DNA from: Chara braunii
Taxonomy: Eukaryota > Plantae > Charophyceae
Reading direction: 5' to 3'
DNA: 61,894 nucleotides
NCBI GenBank assembly: GCA_003427395.1
Contig: BFEA01000042.1
Coordinates: forward strand, 2,383,326-2,445,219
Every line of letters starts with the position of its first letter. The first letter of the stretch is position 1. The position numbers and the translations under genes are program-made. This document shows, piece after piece, positions 13,096 through 26,038 of the stretch. Under the pieces are notes generated by a model. It had not been told where the DNA came from. It searched no databases and saw only the letters and a list, made by a program, of their open reading frames with translations.

Positions 13096-14625
13096 CATGG
13101 TAGTTGCAACCCACAGATTGTCCAGTCAATAACCTTGCTCAGATGGTCCTCAGTCAACAATGTCTTAGGTGGCAATACGACTATCAGGCTGCTACAACAA
13201 CAACCTACTAATGAGATCAACAACAACACCCGAGTGTGTTGCTAAAGCAGCACTGTGGTGTGCTGTAGTTAATATGCAGAGGCTCAGCACAACGGTTCGC
13301 GATGTCGCATCCGTAACAGCTCAAATGCAACAATACACATCCGCGTCACGCGGCAGCAAGATTTCTTGAAGGAGCCCAGTGAGTCCAAGCGATGCACAAT
13401 AATGCACAGTGCATGCTCAATGCAACCTTAGCTAGCTCAATTAAAAATACGGCAATTGCTTATTGAAACTCGACGATGCTCAACGCCAGACGCAGCACCG
13501 TTCAGTAGTAATATTGTATACACAGTGAGACTCGGTAATGCTCACAACCTTGCGCAGCAATATACAACGGTATCGCCTACACGAGCAGATTCCACGTTTT
13601 TGCATGCAGGTTCTGCACGGCGTCCAGAACTTGATTGGGTCGGAGCAGCAACGCAACCCGATCCGTCATGATATGCAACAACCAAGTCTCCTCCAAGTGG
13701 ATGGCCTTAGGCTCCTTCCTCCCGATCTGACGAACAGCGCACCACCTCCAGGTAAGTTTTCAATTTCACTACAGGTCTCACGTTTACTCCCACCGACTAG
13801 ATTAGTAATGCACAATCCCGTTCAACTTTCGATTCATCCGGCATTGTCTGTTCATCAGGGTGAGTACTCAGCCCCTCCTTCTCAAGGCTGCAATACCCAA
13901 TAGCGCTCGTAGTCAAACTTCCGACACTCTAGTGCAGGTATATATAGTCATAGCAAATGTCTTCCAGTCGACGACGCTAATCACCAACTTGTTGTGACTC
14001 GCCAGAAGGTGGCAGCATCAACCTCTTCACCCTACCGTATTCTTACAGTTTAAGGCAATAGTGGCCTATTAGTAACTTCAACCTGCCTTATCCCTGATTC
14101 ATCTGCAACATGCTTCAACTCTCTCCGCAATTAGCTACCATCTGCTGAGAAGATCATTAGTATCGTCTGAATATGCCGATGTAGCAATTCTCACTGCACT
14201 TGCAGCAAGGTTCAACAATAGTTACTTGCAGTTTGGTAGTAGCTAGGATGCGGTAAGATCTCCGTTGTCGATCTCCAATCTACATACCTGTAGTACATCA
14301 GCTTCCAACCTCATCAACTACCAAGTTTTCTTTCCCGCTGAAGTACCAACTACAACCTTTATCAGAGCTCGAGGCACTCCCACCCCATGGAATCAAGAAT
14401 GAACTATCAATCTGTCAATCTTTCCCATGTCCAGTGCTGCTCCTACCAGGTCTAGCCCACCACCTTTCGGTCTGAACAGACACACCCACACTCTATGCTC
14501 TCACTGTTAGATCATGGCCAGCGAACAACGTCCTTCAACAGGTAAGTCTCCAACTTGCAGTTGTCCTCTTGCTACTTCCGTTATCCGGATGTGCAGCGCT
14601 CCACTCAGCAGGTATGTCTCCCTTC

Positions 14626-14628
<3 letters not shown>

Positions 14629-14721
<93 letters not shown>

Positions 14722-14786
14722 NNNNNNNNNNNNNNNNNNNNNNNNNNNNNNNNNNNNNNNNNNNNNNNNNNNNNNNNNNNNNNNNN

Positions 14787-14857
<71 letters not shown>
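14629..14857. repeat. (CT)n/(GT)n microsatellite with assembly gap
   Basis: Direct sequence. Confidence 0.95.
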
Positions 14858-14859
<2 letters not shown>

Positions 14860-14913
14860 CCACGTACCTGGCTCGAGGCCTAGGCCAAGTTCAATCTGCT
14901 TGTGTCATCAACA

Positions 14914-16300
14914 ACGTGATGATAACATGTATAACGGTCGTGCCCTCCGTAAGTAGAGAAGGCTACTAGTAGTGCGAAGGTCATGAATCATAGCGAAGGC
15001 TTTGAGTCGATGATCCCCATAAAGAAGCAGAGCCCAGCGAGTCTGCGATCAAAATAAGGAGGCAGCGTCGGGGTTGAGATGAGCGAGCCAGTCATCGACC
15101 TTGAAGATGAACATGACCAGTCGCAGTGCCTCATCCTTGCACCTCAAGCCTGTCCTTGTCTGGGGTGAAGAACGAGAATATAACACACGCAGACACATCC
15201 GGATTCCCCTGTAGGAAGCTGCCCAAGATAGGTATGTCTTCTCCTGGTACTCTTCTTTTCTTAATGCACTTGGTCAAGCTTCCGACCAGGTTCGCTCAGC
15301 TTCCAATAACCATGGCCGAGCAAACGGCTACAGGCATGATAATGGTCAGTAATACTCCTGCCTAATCTAAACACAAATTCGGGGTCGCAACATTCCCATT
15401 CCTTGACCTTTAGCTTTTCCGTACCGGTTCCTACTCCGGAAACGATGGGAAACGAGCGCTTCCTGCTGAGTGGAAACTACCTCTCGCGGAGTTCCTGTTA
15501 TCCATACCGGCCAAACCAGTCTCCCAAAGCAAAAACTAACAACACCTCTTAGCTCGCCTTGCAGCACCCGAAAATCCCCACTTCGCCTCTTAGATCCTCT
15601 AACCGGTGAATGACCGAGATCCGTCACTTTTACTCTCGCTTTTTCCTCGTTTCCTTCCTCCTCGACTCCCCCATGCACACTCCTTCTCTTCTAACTCCTC
15701 CTATACTACTTCTTTGGCTAATCCGACTGTACATTCGAGTTCGCCCTCCCCCAAAACCTTAGTTCTCACATTCTTCTTGGCTCGTTCCGTCATAAAACAG
15801 GCAAGCCATGATTCCTTCTTTTTCACCATACCCATTTCTTACACCTCTTCTCCCGTATCCGGTCCTAATTCCGACCAGGTTCACGCACCTCCCTTTGTCT
15901 GCTCTAACTCTCCCCTCACTCGCCTTCACCGCTGCCTTACAACCCACTTCTCTTATCAATCTCATTCCTCCTTACTCCCGTCGTCGTCTCCTCTCCTGCC
16001 CTTTCTCTTCTCATCTCTCTCGTCTTCTTCCTCAATCTTCCCGATGCCTCTTTTCCCCCGCGGATACTTAGCGCAACGACGACACAGCGCAGCCCGACTC
16101 TGAGGGCAACTTTGAAGGGAACCGGCTACCAGCAGGCTCAATAGTCCTTCGGCCTTATACCAAAGTCGGAAGAACGACTTGCACATGAGTTCTGTTGTGG
16201 GCCACTGCGAGATGAACCAGCTGCTGGCTGGTTCCATTAGTCTCTCGCCTCTATACCACAGTCCAACGAATGGCCTGCTGAGAAAAAACTTTCTACTCCG
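14914..16300 (-). pseudogene. Degenerate N-terminal gag extension or upstream ORF of element A
   Basis: Reading frame continues across insert B; fragmented charged ORFs 15367-15678 and 15962-16237. Confidence 0.5.
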
Positions 16301-18924
16301 TGGCTCTGCATATCACACAGGGCATACTTATACTAGGACCTTCTAGGCCATACTTCGTGACTGCGGCCTCGCGGCCGAGACCACGGTCCGCGGTCGTGCC
16401 TGCGGCGACCGCGACCGTAGGGGATTCATAGCCGGTGTGAGTACGGCCTATATGTCAATCTCGTTGTGAGCCCTTACCAGGATGCCGCCTGGTTGTGCCT
16501 TGCCCAGGCATAGCTCACCATCCTTTGGGCCGCAATGGGCGTGCTCACATTCGAAACCCATCCTCAGCAGATCGTGGCTGGAGGACGGTGCACCTGCAGG
16601 TTGCAAGGGGAATTTCGCCAGTCAGGCCTCCTCCGTCTAGTGGGTTAAACACCCACTGGCTCACATGCACGTCGAACTAGGCCTATGGCTCACCCAAAAA
16701 AGGCTCATGCTCAAGGTCATCGACTGTCGAGATGGCCACTCGTGGGGGCTCTAATAGCTCCCCACTCCAATGCTGGTCACGACGGTCCGATATTGGCACA
16801 CACCCTTGCGTTCAAGCAAGGCGAACGACAACGCAGTCGCCGTTCACCCTGCCCTGACGGGGATGCATGACTTTCCTCCATCCTTTTCTTGCTTCGCAAT
16901 TTCAAACACTCGAATTTTTTTTTCATCTGGCTCCTACGGTACTTCTTCGCCGTCGGTCCCGGAGCCAGTTTCCAGCCTGGTCAACAGACGGGTCCTTAAG
17001 AGAAAAAAAAAAGAAAGAAAAATAAAAATAAAAAAAATAAAAAAATAATAAAAAACTTAAAAAGATAAAAATAAAATAAACTAACAAAATAAAAATAGTG
17101 GAAATGAAGAGGACAAGGACTTGTCGATGCCCTTTTGCTCTTGGCTGTCGGCCTTGGCTTGGACCCGTCCGACAAAACCAAGGGGGATAGTCCCTTAAGA
17201 CCCTCGACCCCTCAGTCTCCGCCGGTCGTGCTCCTTTGCTCCATCGCCGCTTGCTGACTTCAAACCCCAAACCTGTCGCCTGAAAGTCATGTACCGTAAC
17301 TATTAGAACTAGGCCAAAGACTAAGTCAGGTAGGCATGAACCTGCGTATGAATAGTCGTTGGACCGTAATTGGTTCTGCCTGCACAAACGAGGCCTTCGC
17401 CTTGGCCTATCGGCCAACCACCTGGTTGTCAAAAGGTACACACGCCTAGGTTTGTGATCAGCTAATATCTAGGTCGTCGGGCGTATGACATACTTTGTCG
17501 AACTTCCAGACTTTCCCCCAGACTAGGTCTGCCAACGCTGCGCCTTTCGACACGTTGTCCAATATAAACTTCCGGCCTGTGCGCAAGGTAAAGTTTTTAT
17601 CCTCTTCGCGTCGTGCCCCGCCGGAGGCTGAACTAGTAGAGAAGTAAATCTAGTCTTTAAAAGAAAAATGTAATCAACGATAAAAATTACAGAAGGGGGA
17701 CTAGTCGGACCCTACGGCTTTGGCGCCATTTCGCCAGCGTAGTATTACAGATGACTAACTATCACCTCACAGTGCAACGCAATAATGAGTGCCCCACATA
17801 CTCGCTAATTCGGTCGTATTTGACTAGGAATCTCGCCAAGAGCGAGGTTGCCGAGGTAAGCGCCCTGATGGGTTTTACGTCATCAGTGCATTTTGTTGAT
17901 CAGGGACACGCCCAGTGCGACCTTTAAAAAGAATGACAAATACCTTTGTAAGGGTGTTTGCTACGAGAACGTGATGTTCAATTGTTGGACTGGCATCATG
18001 TATCACACCAAGCAGTTGCCGAAAAATGCCTTTAAGTGTTTGCTTTCTTGCGTCAATCTGACGACGCGTCCTAAGATCCCCCCCTTCTTCATCGACATAG
18101 ACTATGAGAGGGATAGGGAAGAAAAGAAGAGGAATGAACAGCGTCAAGATGGAGGCACGCAAACATTTTCATAGAGAATTCATTTTCCGGACGTGTATCT
18201 ACCGTACAATATATAAATGAAAAGACAAGACCGAATTCCACGGTACATGCAAGTTTTGCAGCAAGAAAAATTAAAAAGAAATTAGTTTTAATTTTTGTTG
18301 TCTATTCTTTTGTGCTGAAGTCCTACAACAATGTACAGGAACTGCAGCCACGACCAGTGTGATCAGGACAACAACACATTCGTGAGTACAGACAACAACC
18401 ACAGAGCAACAACAGGTAAGTTGTCAACCAACACAACGTCACAATCAATGGTTAGCTTCCAACCTCATTCTGCCATGTGCTACCCCTGGAATGCCAACAC
18501 AGCAGCTCGAAAGAGTCTGCCATGTCAGCACATCAAGGACCTGATAGGTCTACAAGGGCGGGGTGCCATGTCAGCAATGCATGCATACAACACACCATCG
18601 GCATGCCACGTTAGGACAACGCATCAACAGCAGGTGCTTGCAACACAAGTATGTGCCACGTCAGTCCATGCCCTGCCACAATACCACATCATGCCACATT
18701 AGCTTGTTGCTAACGAAGCTCTCGCCGGTACCTTGAAGTCTTCAATGCAACCACGTCATCATCTTCAAGGGATGGTTGCTCGCACGTGCAATACTACAAT
18801 GTCTAGACTTGCGGTATTTACCGCTCGCGTTAACAAACGCGTTTTGTTTTGCACATGTGGCACCTCCCACTTACCGGGATGCCACGTCAGCACCTGATAG
18901 CAGACAACAGATTGCGATCAAAAT

Positions 18925-20119
18925 TGTAATGAACCCAGTCTGGCAGATAATCATCAGTCGTCCAACACCAGTAGTCTCAGTATCTGCAGCATAGTCTCCA
19001 ATTATCGTGAAATAATATCTGAAACAATATCTCATTACCATTAGACGAAGAGAGTGGAGGGGGATTACACAAAGGAGAAGGTGGGAGAGATGATCAATGA
19101 TCACTCAAGAATAATCCAAACAAACCCCTCTCCTTCGCCGGGCTTCTTCCTCCTCAACGTTATCCACCAGTATATGATAATAACTTAATAAGTATGATAA
19201 TCCTGATCACACAGTATTGCCACGTGGCACTCTCATCTCGTGAAGACCATGAAGACTCAGCAGAATAAAGTGACGACGTCAACCTCATGTGACTATACTA
19301 TCCCAATCATCCACAGATCCCGATCTTCCTCCTCCACGCAACTGGTCATCTCATGTAGACAACGTGGACAATGCCACGTCAGCAGTCGAGACAGGTGGCA
19401 TGCGCCACATCATCAAAGAAGACCGGAGGCAGCGCCAAATTACCATGCCATGCAGACTAGAGGCAGCGCCTCATCGTCATGCAATGTAAACCGGAGGCAG
19501 CACCACATCAGCAAACAATGTAGACAAGAGGCAGCGCCACATCAGCTTGCAATGTAGACCAGAGGCAGCGCCACATCAGTATGCCGCGTAGACCAGAGGC
19601 CGCGCCACATCAACATGCAATGAAGACTAGAGGCAGTGCTACATCATCATGCCTGGCGCACAATGTAAGACGCGTCAGCATGCCGTCGTTTTCGTCCACA
19701 GTGCCTGCGCTCAGCCAGTGTCCAGCCAGCGTCTTTCCAGCATCAATGCCAGCGTCTGGTCGAAGTCAAGCCACCGTCCAAGCAACACAGCAAGACTGAA
19801 TGTTGACCACCTCGAGGCCAGCCTTTAAGTAGTATTTTACGAGGTTGTATGGCCTCGGGTCCTGTTCCCTTAGTCGTCCAGATTGCCTCACAGCAGAGGG
19901 CCCCGATTGTGTACAGTTGCGGACTTCCCCTTGGACCTGAGGTTGTCTAGGTACCTGCATACAAACAAGTGTTTGTGCTTGACCGACGGCCTGGGGTTAG
20001 GTAACGTTGGACTTTGACTGTTCGTGTCACGACAGTTGACAAAAGTCAACTACCCTGAATTCTCGTGTGGGGTCTTTTTTCCCCGTTTTGGCCTGGGCTA
20101 AGGGCGGCCGGTTATTGCA
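18925..20119 (-). repeat. 5' LTR of element A
   Basis: Diverged direct repeat of 550-1841 with TG..CA ends. Confidence 0.85.
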
Positions 20120-20555
20120 CTTTTAAAATGAGTTTTGTATTATGTTAAGTACACATTTGTAATTTTTCATGGCATTTGGCGATGCCAAAAAAAAAAGAAA
20201 AATCCCCATGTATGACCGTGTCGAAAGCATACTTGCTCACTCACTAATTTTAATTTTCTTTTCATTTTTTCTTCTTTTAATATTTTTATTATTAGTTTTA
20301 TTTTTTGTATTTTATTTTTATTTCAAATTTGGTAAGGAATTAGGATGTTACAGTAATGCTTAGGCAAATGTTATTTACTTTATTTTTCTTCATAAGAATC
20401 ATAACAATGTTTTTTTTTCAGTTTTTTTTTTTAATTCTGTTTTTGTTTTGTCCGCGTTCAGCCCAAATAATCGAACGCATCCCCAAAGGGTCCCATACGT
20501 TCGGGGTTCGAGCCAGGCCGAACGCCGATCACCCTCCATATATATATATATATAA

Positions 20556-20600
20556 CTAGCTAAGCGCTCGCGGTGCGGGCGGTGAGGGCCACGCCCGCAT
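20556..20600 (-). terminator. Helitron 3' terminal hairpin and CTAG
   Basis: TGCGGGCG-N10-CGCCCGCA stem (20574-20599) ~14 nt before CTAG followed by T. Confidence 0.8.
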
Positions 20601-20738
20601 AAATAAGAGTAATTGCCTACGAAGTCCGAGTTTAATTTACAAATTAAAAAAATGACAAATAGAAGAAAAAAAAAAACAGCAAGAGAAAGGGCGAGGAGAG
20701 ACGGATATAGACAAAGAAAGAGAGTAAGAAAGAAAAAG

Positions 20739-20781
<43 letters not shown>

Positions 20782-21144
20782 AAGAAAGANNNNNNNNNNN
20801 NNNNNNNNNNNNNNNNNNNNNNNNNNNNNNNNNNNNNNNNNNNNNNNNNNNNNNNNNNNNNNNNNNNNNNNNNNNNNNNNNNNNNNNNNNNNNNNNNNNN
20901 NNAAAAAAAAAAAAAAAAAACAAGCAACAAAAGAATAAATAATAATAAAAAATGAACACGACTTTACAAACAACAGAAAAATTCCCATGAGAAATGAAAG
21001 TTGAAAAAACATTTCATAATAAAAAAATCCTTCATATTTATAAATTATCATTCCAATATTTGTCCAATTCTAAAATTTCCAATTTAATTTGATAAGTTCC
21101 CGTCTAAATATTAGCATTTCCTTCCAACTACATCTATTCGTTCA

Positions 21145-21309
21145 AGATGGAATGAAAGTCAGGACGAGTTTATGAAATATTTTAATTAGACTTTTATTCT
21201 ACTATAACAAATATCGTTTAATTTAGATTGGATTAACCTATTTATGACTTAAAATCCTAACAGTCCAATTAAAATATTTCATGAACTCATCCAGACTTTC
21301 ATTCCATCT
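21145..21309. repeat. Fold-back (MITE-like) inverted repeat
   Basis: AGATGGAATGAAAGTC...ATGAAATATTTTAATT pairs with AATTAAAATATTTCAT...GACTTTCATTCCATCT. Confidence 0.65.
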
Positions 21310-22156
21310 CTAACATGCAGTTCAAATAAGAAGGGATACCCCATTCTTGGAAGGAAAGTTTTCAAGTAAAATAAAAAATTTTAAAATTGGAATGACATTT
21401 TTTAAGATGGAACGAAAATTTGAAATTTAGAATGCAATTTTACTCTAGAAGGATTATTTAATTCTGGGAAATTTTTCTGTTGAAGAAAAAAAGTTTCACA
21501 TTAAGATTTTTCATTTTATTAAAGTAGGCAAGTGTCCGTAGCATAATGAAGGCACAAATTCTATGTATCACCCGCGGTCGTGGCCGCAGAGTCAAAGTCG
21601 GAGGGCGGCCGTGATCATGGTCGTAGCGGCTCGGGTCACGGTTGGGTCCGGGCGCAACTTGCAGGAATTGTTTTAGACTTTAAAAAAATCTGAAAAAACA
21701 AAACAAAACATATAAGGTTGTAGATCTTTTCGAGATCTAAATTTCGCAATTTTTTATTTTATTTTTTGACTTCGTCTTCGAATTCTAAAAATCCCAAAAC
21801 TCATTTTTCTGAGGCAAAAGCTGTTTTTTTCTTTTTTTTTTAAGAAAAACTATGAAACTTGTGTGTTTTTCTCATTTTAAATTCAGTTAAGTTTTTGGAT
21901 ATGACCACAAGGCAAACGTTGTTCAATATATTTTTCTTCATAACATATTTGTTTTTCAGAAGTTTTGGATTTTTTTTTTTTTTTTTTTCAAGGTTGCGAA
22001 ACGAGGCTATGGCCGAGGGGTCGCGGCCTAGTCCGCGCATAGTCACCTCCGTGGGGTATTCAAAGGGCAGAATTATTGAGTAGTGGAATCAATATTGACC
22101 TAAAAAAACGAATAATATTATATCAAAATTATTTAAGCCGTCTGTCGGTCTGTCTT

Positions 22157-22210
<54 letters not shown>

Positions 22211-22390
22211 CCTCCCTCCCTTTTTCTATCCCCCCCACCCTATTCATTTGTCTTTCTCTTGCCATATCTCTTGTACGGGCAATTACATCACTGAAACTAA
22301 AGACGATGATAAAAAAAATTGTCATTAAGGCAAGGTATGGACAATTGCCCAATCAACATTTCTCTCTTCGTGTATCTCTTATAAAACCAA

Positions 22391-24109
22391 CTAACTTCTT
22401 TCGCTGGAACGATACTCTTGCAGCAGCTCACGAACAAAAACTCGTTGCAAGACTTTGTGACGATACTCCTCGAAAGTTTCAAATCGACCCTGTCGTTGCC
22501 GATTGTCATCGAGATGAATTACATCATCCACACACCTGCACGTGTTCATGCTCATGTTCAATTCCTCTGCTGCTTCCACAATATCTTCAATCTTGTTTGA
22601 ACTGTCAAGATGAGACATGTGTGCAAGTGTTTTTTTGGACCAATAGATTTATGAGAGACATATATAGGAATGTTAAAATTAGAAGAACTTGGTTGTCCCA
22701 AGGGTCCTCTATGGACATCCACATGGTCTCTTAACGGTGCAAGAGCAGACACAACATAACTGACAGAAGACCGAGTAGTCACAGCGGACGACAAAGCAAA
22801 AACAACAACAGAGGTAGTGACAATCGGCGTTGACATATTGGATGGTGGAGCAAAATCCGCAAGACGTTGAAAATTTGGAGGAGATGCTGCTTGAAGGGGG
22901 AGTCTACGGACCTGAGCGGAATGAGGAGCATAAGAAGCAACCACGGGAGGAATCCTTTTGAGAAGGTTTTGTATCCGTGCATATCTGTGAAAGGCTTGAG
23001 AAATTGTCCCTTCGGTCGGACAAATGAATTGTCATCCGAGTAATCTTCTAATTAGATAGAGCAACAAACTTATCGTTCAAAAGCGATTGCAACACGGAAG
23101 AAGCCTCCAAATCCGAAACATTCAACGAGTCTGAAGGAAGAGGGGATCGTCGTTCCAGCTGCTTATCAGTGAGTTTGTTTCTTTTCCAGTCGAGGAGGTT
23201 TTTCCATATTCATCTATCTTTTGCGACTGTGACACTTTTGACAAACATTTCAAAAAGCACCTCAGTCAAGACATTTTGCATGTCAACCCTCTTCGCATCG
23301 TCAAACCATCTAGCAAGGTAAGCGCGTGGATTCAGAGTGCGGATTGTGGGTGCATCGTTATCATCGGGCACCACAATAATTCCCGAGGGATGTTGTGTTT
23401 ACGATGTGGCGCAAACATCTTTTCCCCGTCCACTACGTTGAGATTGCTAACACGAATCACGAACACGTGTCCGCCCAGCGAGTTGTGCACAAAATGAAAG
23501 AGATACAAATGCATCGTAAGGGAGCGCACACAACTCTCTCATACTCCGAGTTCCCCTTTCATTAACAACTGGTTGTCCTCCCACGCGATTATCAGTCAAG
23601 GTAGTCTCCAACATTTCGGGGGAAGCCGAAAGATCAGTTTTCCCACGAGGACTCTTTTTTCTCTTGAATGTAGACTCAATATAGTCTTTTTTCGAATCGC
23701 CCGTAACATTATCATCCTCGTCATCGGAAAATGTACGGTTAACAGGCCTACCCGACAGACCTCTACGTGAACCATCCCCATCAGCGCGACAATCGTTACC
23801 GTCCCCCTGCACAACCATATCCTCAGCATCAGCAAGGGTATTCCATTGCGAAAATGCAAATTTACCTTCACCAAAAACAACACGATCACCACGAGCATTT
23901 TCCCTTCTAAGATTAACGGACCTTTCATCATTTTCAATTTTTTTCGACCTCTCCGAATGTTCGACTCCAACTTTTGACGTAACATTCAGATCAATTTGAC
24001 CGATATTGTTGATTCTCATTGTTTTCCTCTTAGCACGAGTGTCATAGCTATGATTCATTCGACAGTTGTCTGCGAAGAAAGAATATGACGAAATTAATCG
24101 GCATGCCAA
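22391..24109 (-). pseudogene. Degenerate extra ORF downstream of the Helitron helicase, function unknown
   Basis: 220-aa ORF plus downstream fragments; Cys-rich patch. Confidence 0.4.
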
Positions 24110-24169
24110 GGATCGAAAAAAAAAAAAAGAAGCTCATCCCAAAAGTTCATGATACACAATATTCGTCGT

Positions 24170-25007
24170 CAATTTTTTTATTATCAAGCAACATAACACG
24201 GATGTTCTTGGGATGCCCAACACGCGACAAAGCAACATATAGTTGGTCATGCGCAAAACCCGGCTTGCGTAGCTAAACCCCCGCACGCGACACGGTTTGT
24301 CTTCGCGACTTGTTAATCGTTACAGCAAAAACAAGATGGATTGGAAACTGCCTCCTAAACTATTTGAACGTCGTGGACTCACCATCGCTTGTCAGATCAC
24401 TCTTGAGGATCAGCGTTGTCTTACACGTGCGCATTATTGTAACTTCCAACAAATCATCATTAACTAGCTTCTCCAAAATCGACCTTATATTGTTGCAAAG
24501 TCCTTGCTTTGGTAACAAATTTCGCAAAAGCATCACTGACGCACAAAGTAGCTTATGAGGTGGAAGGTCTGATTCCTTGAGAGAGTTTAAAAACTCTCGC
24601 TCAGTACCGAGTCCGGTATCATCCGAATCGAGATAACCAACGTTGAAAAGTTCATACACCTCCCCAGGGATCGTCAACAACACATTTATTAACAGAACTT
24701 ACATCATCATTAGTGAATCATAAAATTAATCAAGGCGAAAAATACCCGGCCTCCCCCACGTGGTTGGACACATCGTCAAATGTCCATGAAATTAACTCAT
24801 CAATCAATTTATCCCTACAAATCTCATGTGGCAATCTGACTGCAACAGGTTCATTGGGAACAACACGAGGATGATCACCATTCCCAACACGCATAAAAAA
24901 ATGGTCATACATTCATGCCATTTCATCATCACGCATTAAACTTAAGCTTAAGATTCGCATATTTTCGGTCAGTTGATGAACCTCAAAAGGTTTCCACAAA
25001 AGAGACA
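24170..25007 (-). pseudogene. Helitron PIF1 helicase, C-terminal half
   Basis: LWKPFEVHQLTENMR; LPPHKL...VMLLRNL...GLCN; QFPIHLVFAVTINKS; FAHDQLYVALSRV. Confidence 0.92.
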
Positions 25008-25399
25008 TTTTGAACAGAGTATTCGTGAAAACCAAACAAACGTAGAAAACCAAGCAATCTTTATAGACCGGAGAAAACCAAAATGTTTCCACTCATTTTC
25101 ACTCCGCGGGTGCTACTTTTACACGTTGTATGTCGCACCTCGTGATGAAAAACATACCAAATCAAGGCTCTTGTAAGGAGAAGGTGATTAGTGAGACGAA
25201 ATCTTGTCCACGGAGCCTCATTTTTATCACATACAAAAGCAGGTCAACAAGTGATCCCAAAAGCCGCTTGTAGTCGAGAAATGAATTATTTATTGTGCTG
25301 AAACCGCGCAAATATGACAATTCATTCCACAACACTAGATACCACTTACAAACCTAGAGGAAAGTTAAGAAAACCCCGGCAGGATAAAGATCACTCCAA

Positions 25400-26038
25400 A
25401 ATGTATTGCGTTGTACGAAAGCAGGACGTCTTGGCATGTGCACCTTTAGAGTCCTTTCATTAAAGAAGCAGAAAATAGATGCAGTTGAGGGATCCCGAAT
25501 TCCGTTTGTAGTTCTATAAAGCAAAAGACAAAAACACACTAGAAAAAAAGAAAAGGAACAAGCACTCCAAGAATGCACAGTCTTCTACAAAAGCCAGACG
25601 TCTCAACATTTGCATGTTTATAGTCCTATAACATATAACGCAAAAAATTATTGCAGCTTTGAAATTTTTAATTTCATTTATAGTTCTGTAAAACATAACG
25701 CACACACACGAGAGAAAAAAGAGAAGGAAGAAGCACTCGGAAAATGAACGTCTTTGTACCGAAGCGAGACGTTTTGACATTTGTGTATTTATAGTCCTAT
25801 AAATTAGAACGCAAAAAACCATCTCAGCTTCGCAATTCTCCATTCCGTTTATGGTTCTATAAACCGTGACGCACAAACATGCGAGAAAAAAGAAAACAAA
25901 GAAGCACTCCGAAAATGTGCGCTCTTGTACCGAAGCCAGACATCTTGACATTTGCGTATTTACAGTCCTATAAATTGGAACGCAAAAAACCATGTCAGCT
26001 TCAGAATTCTTCATTCCGTTTATAGTTCTATAAACCGT
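25400..26038. repeat. ~171-bp tandem repeat inside the TIR element, resuming at 50764-50862
   Basis: TTCCGTTTATAGTTCTATAAA recurs at ~25500, 25672, 25843, 26013. Confidence 0.85.

Larger units (their letters stand above)
8639..14913 (-). mobile_element. Insert B: ~6.3-kb solo-LTR-like element
   Basis: Termini TGTCGA / TCAACA; ACGT at 8635-8638 and 14914-14917; excision restores the frame ...PLYMLSS-RSQTVQRELQ; its 8639-9060 end is homologous to the U5 end of the element C LTR. Confidence 0.7.
550..20119 (-). mobile_element. Element A: decayed Ty3/Gypsy chromovirus-type LTR retrotransposon with nested insertions
   Basis: Direct repeats 550-1841 and 18925-20119 with TGTAATGAAC...GGTTATTGCA termini; CTTT on both flanks (546-549, 20120-20123); gag-PR-RT-RH-INT-chromodomain order on the minus strand. 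Confidence 0.8.

Noticed and set aside
14507-14969. ORFs spanning microsatellites and N gaps (also ~20400-21050, 28790-29120, 42900-45100, 59480-61760)
   Set aside because: Artefacts of simple repeats and gaps
16311-17460. Additional nested LTR or TIR element
   Set aside because: Only weak terminal similarity and no TSD
21569-22056. GC-ended MITE inside the Helitron
   Set aside because: Terminal inverted similarity too degenerate to support a call
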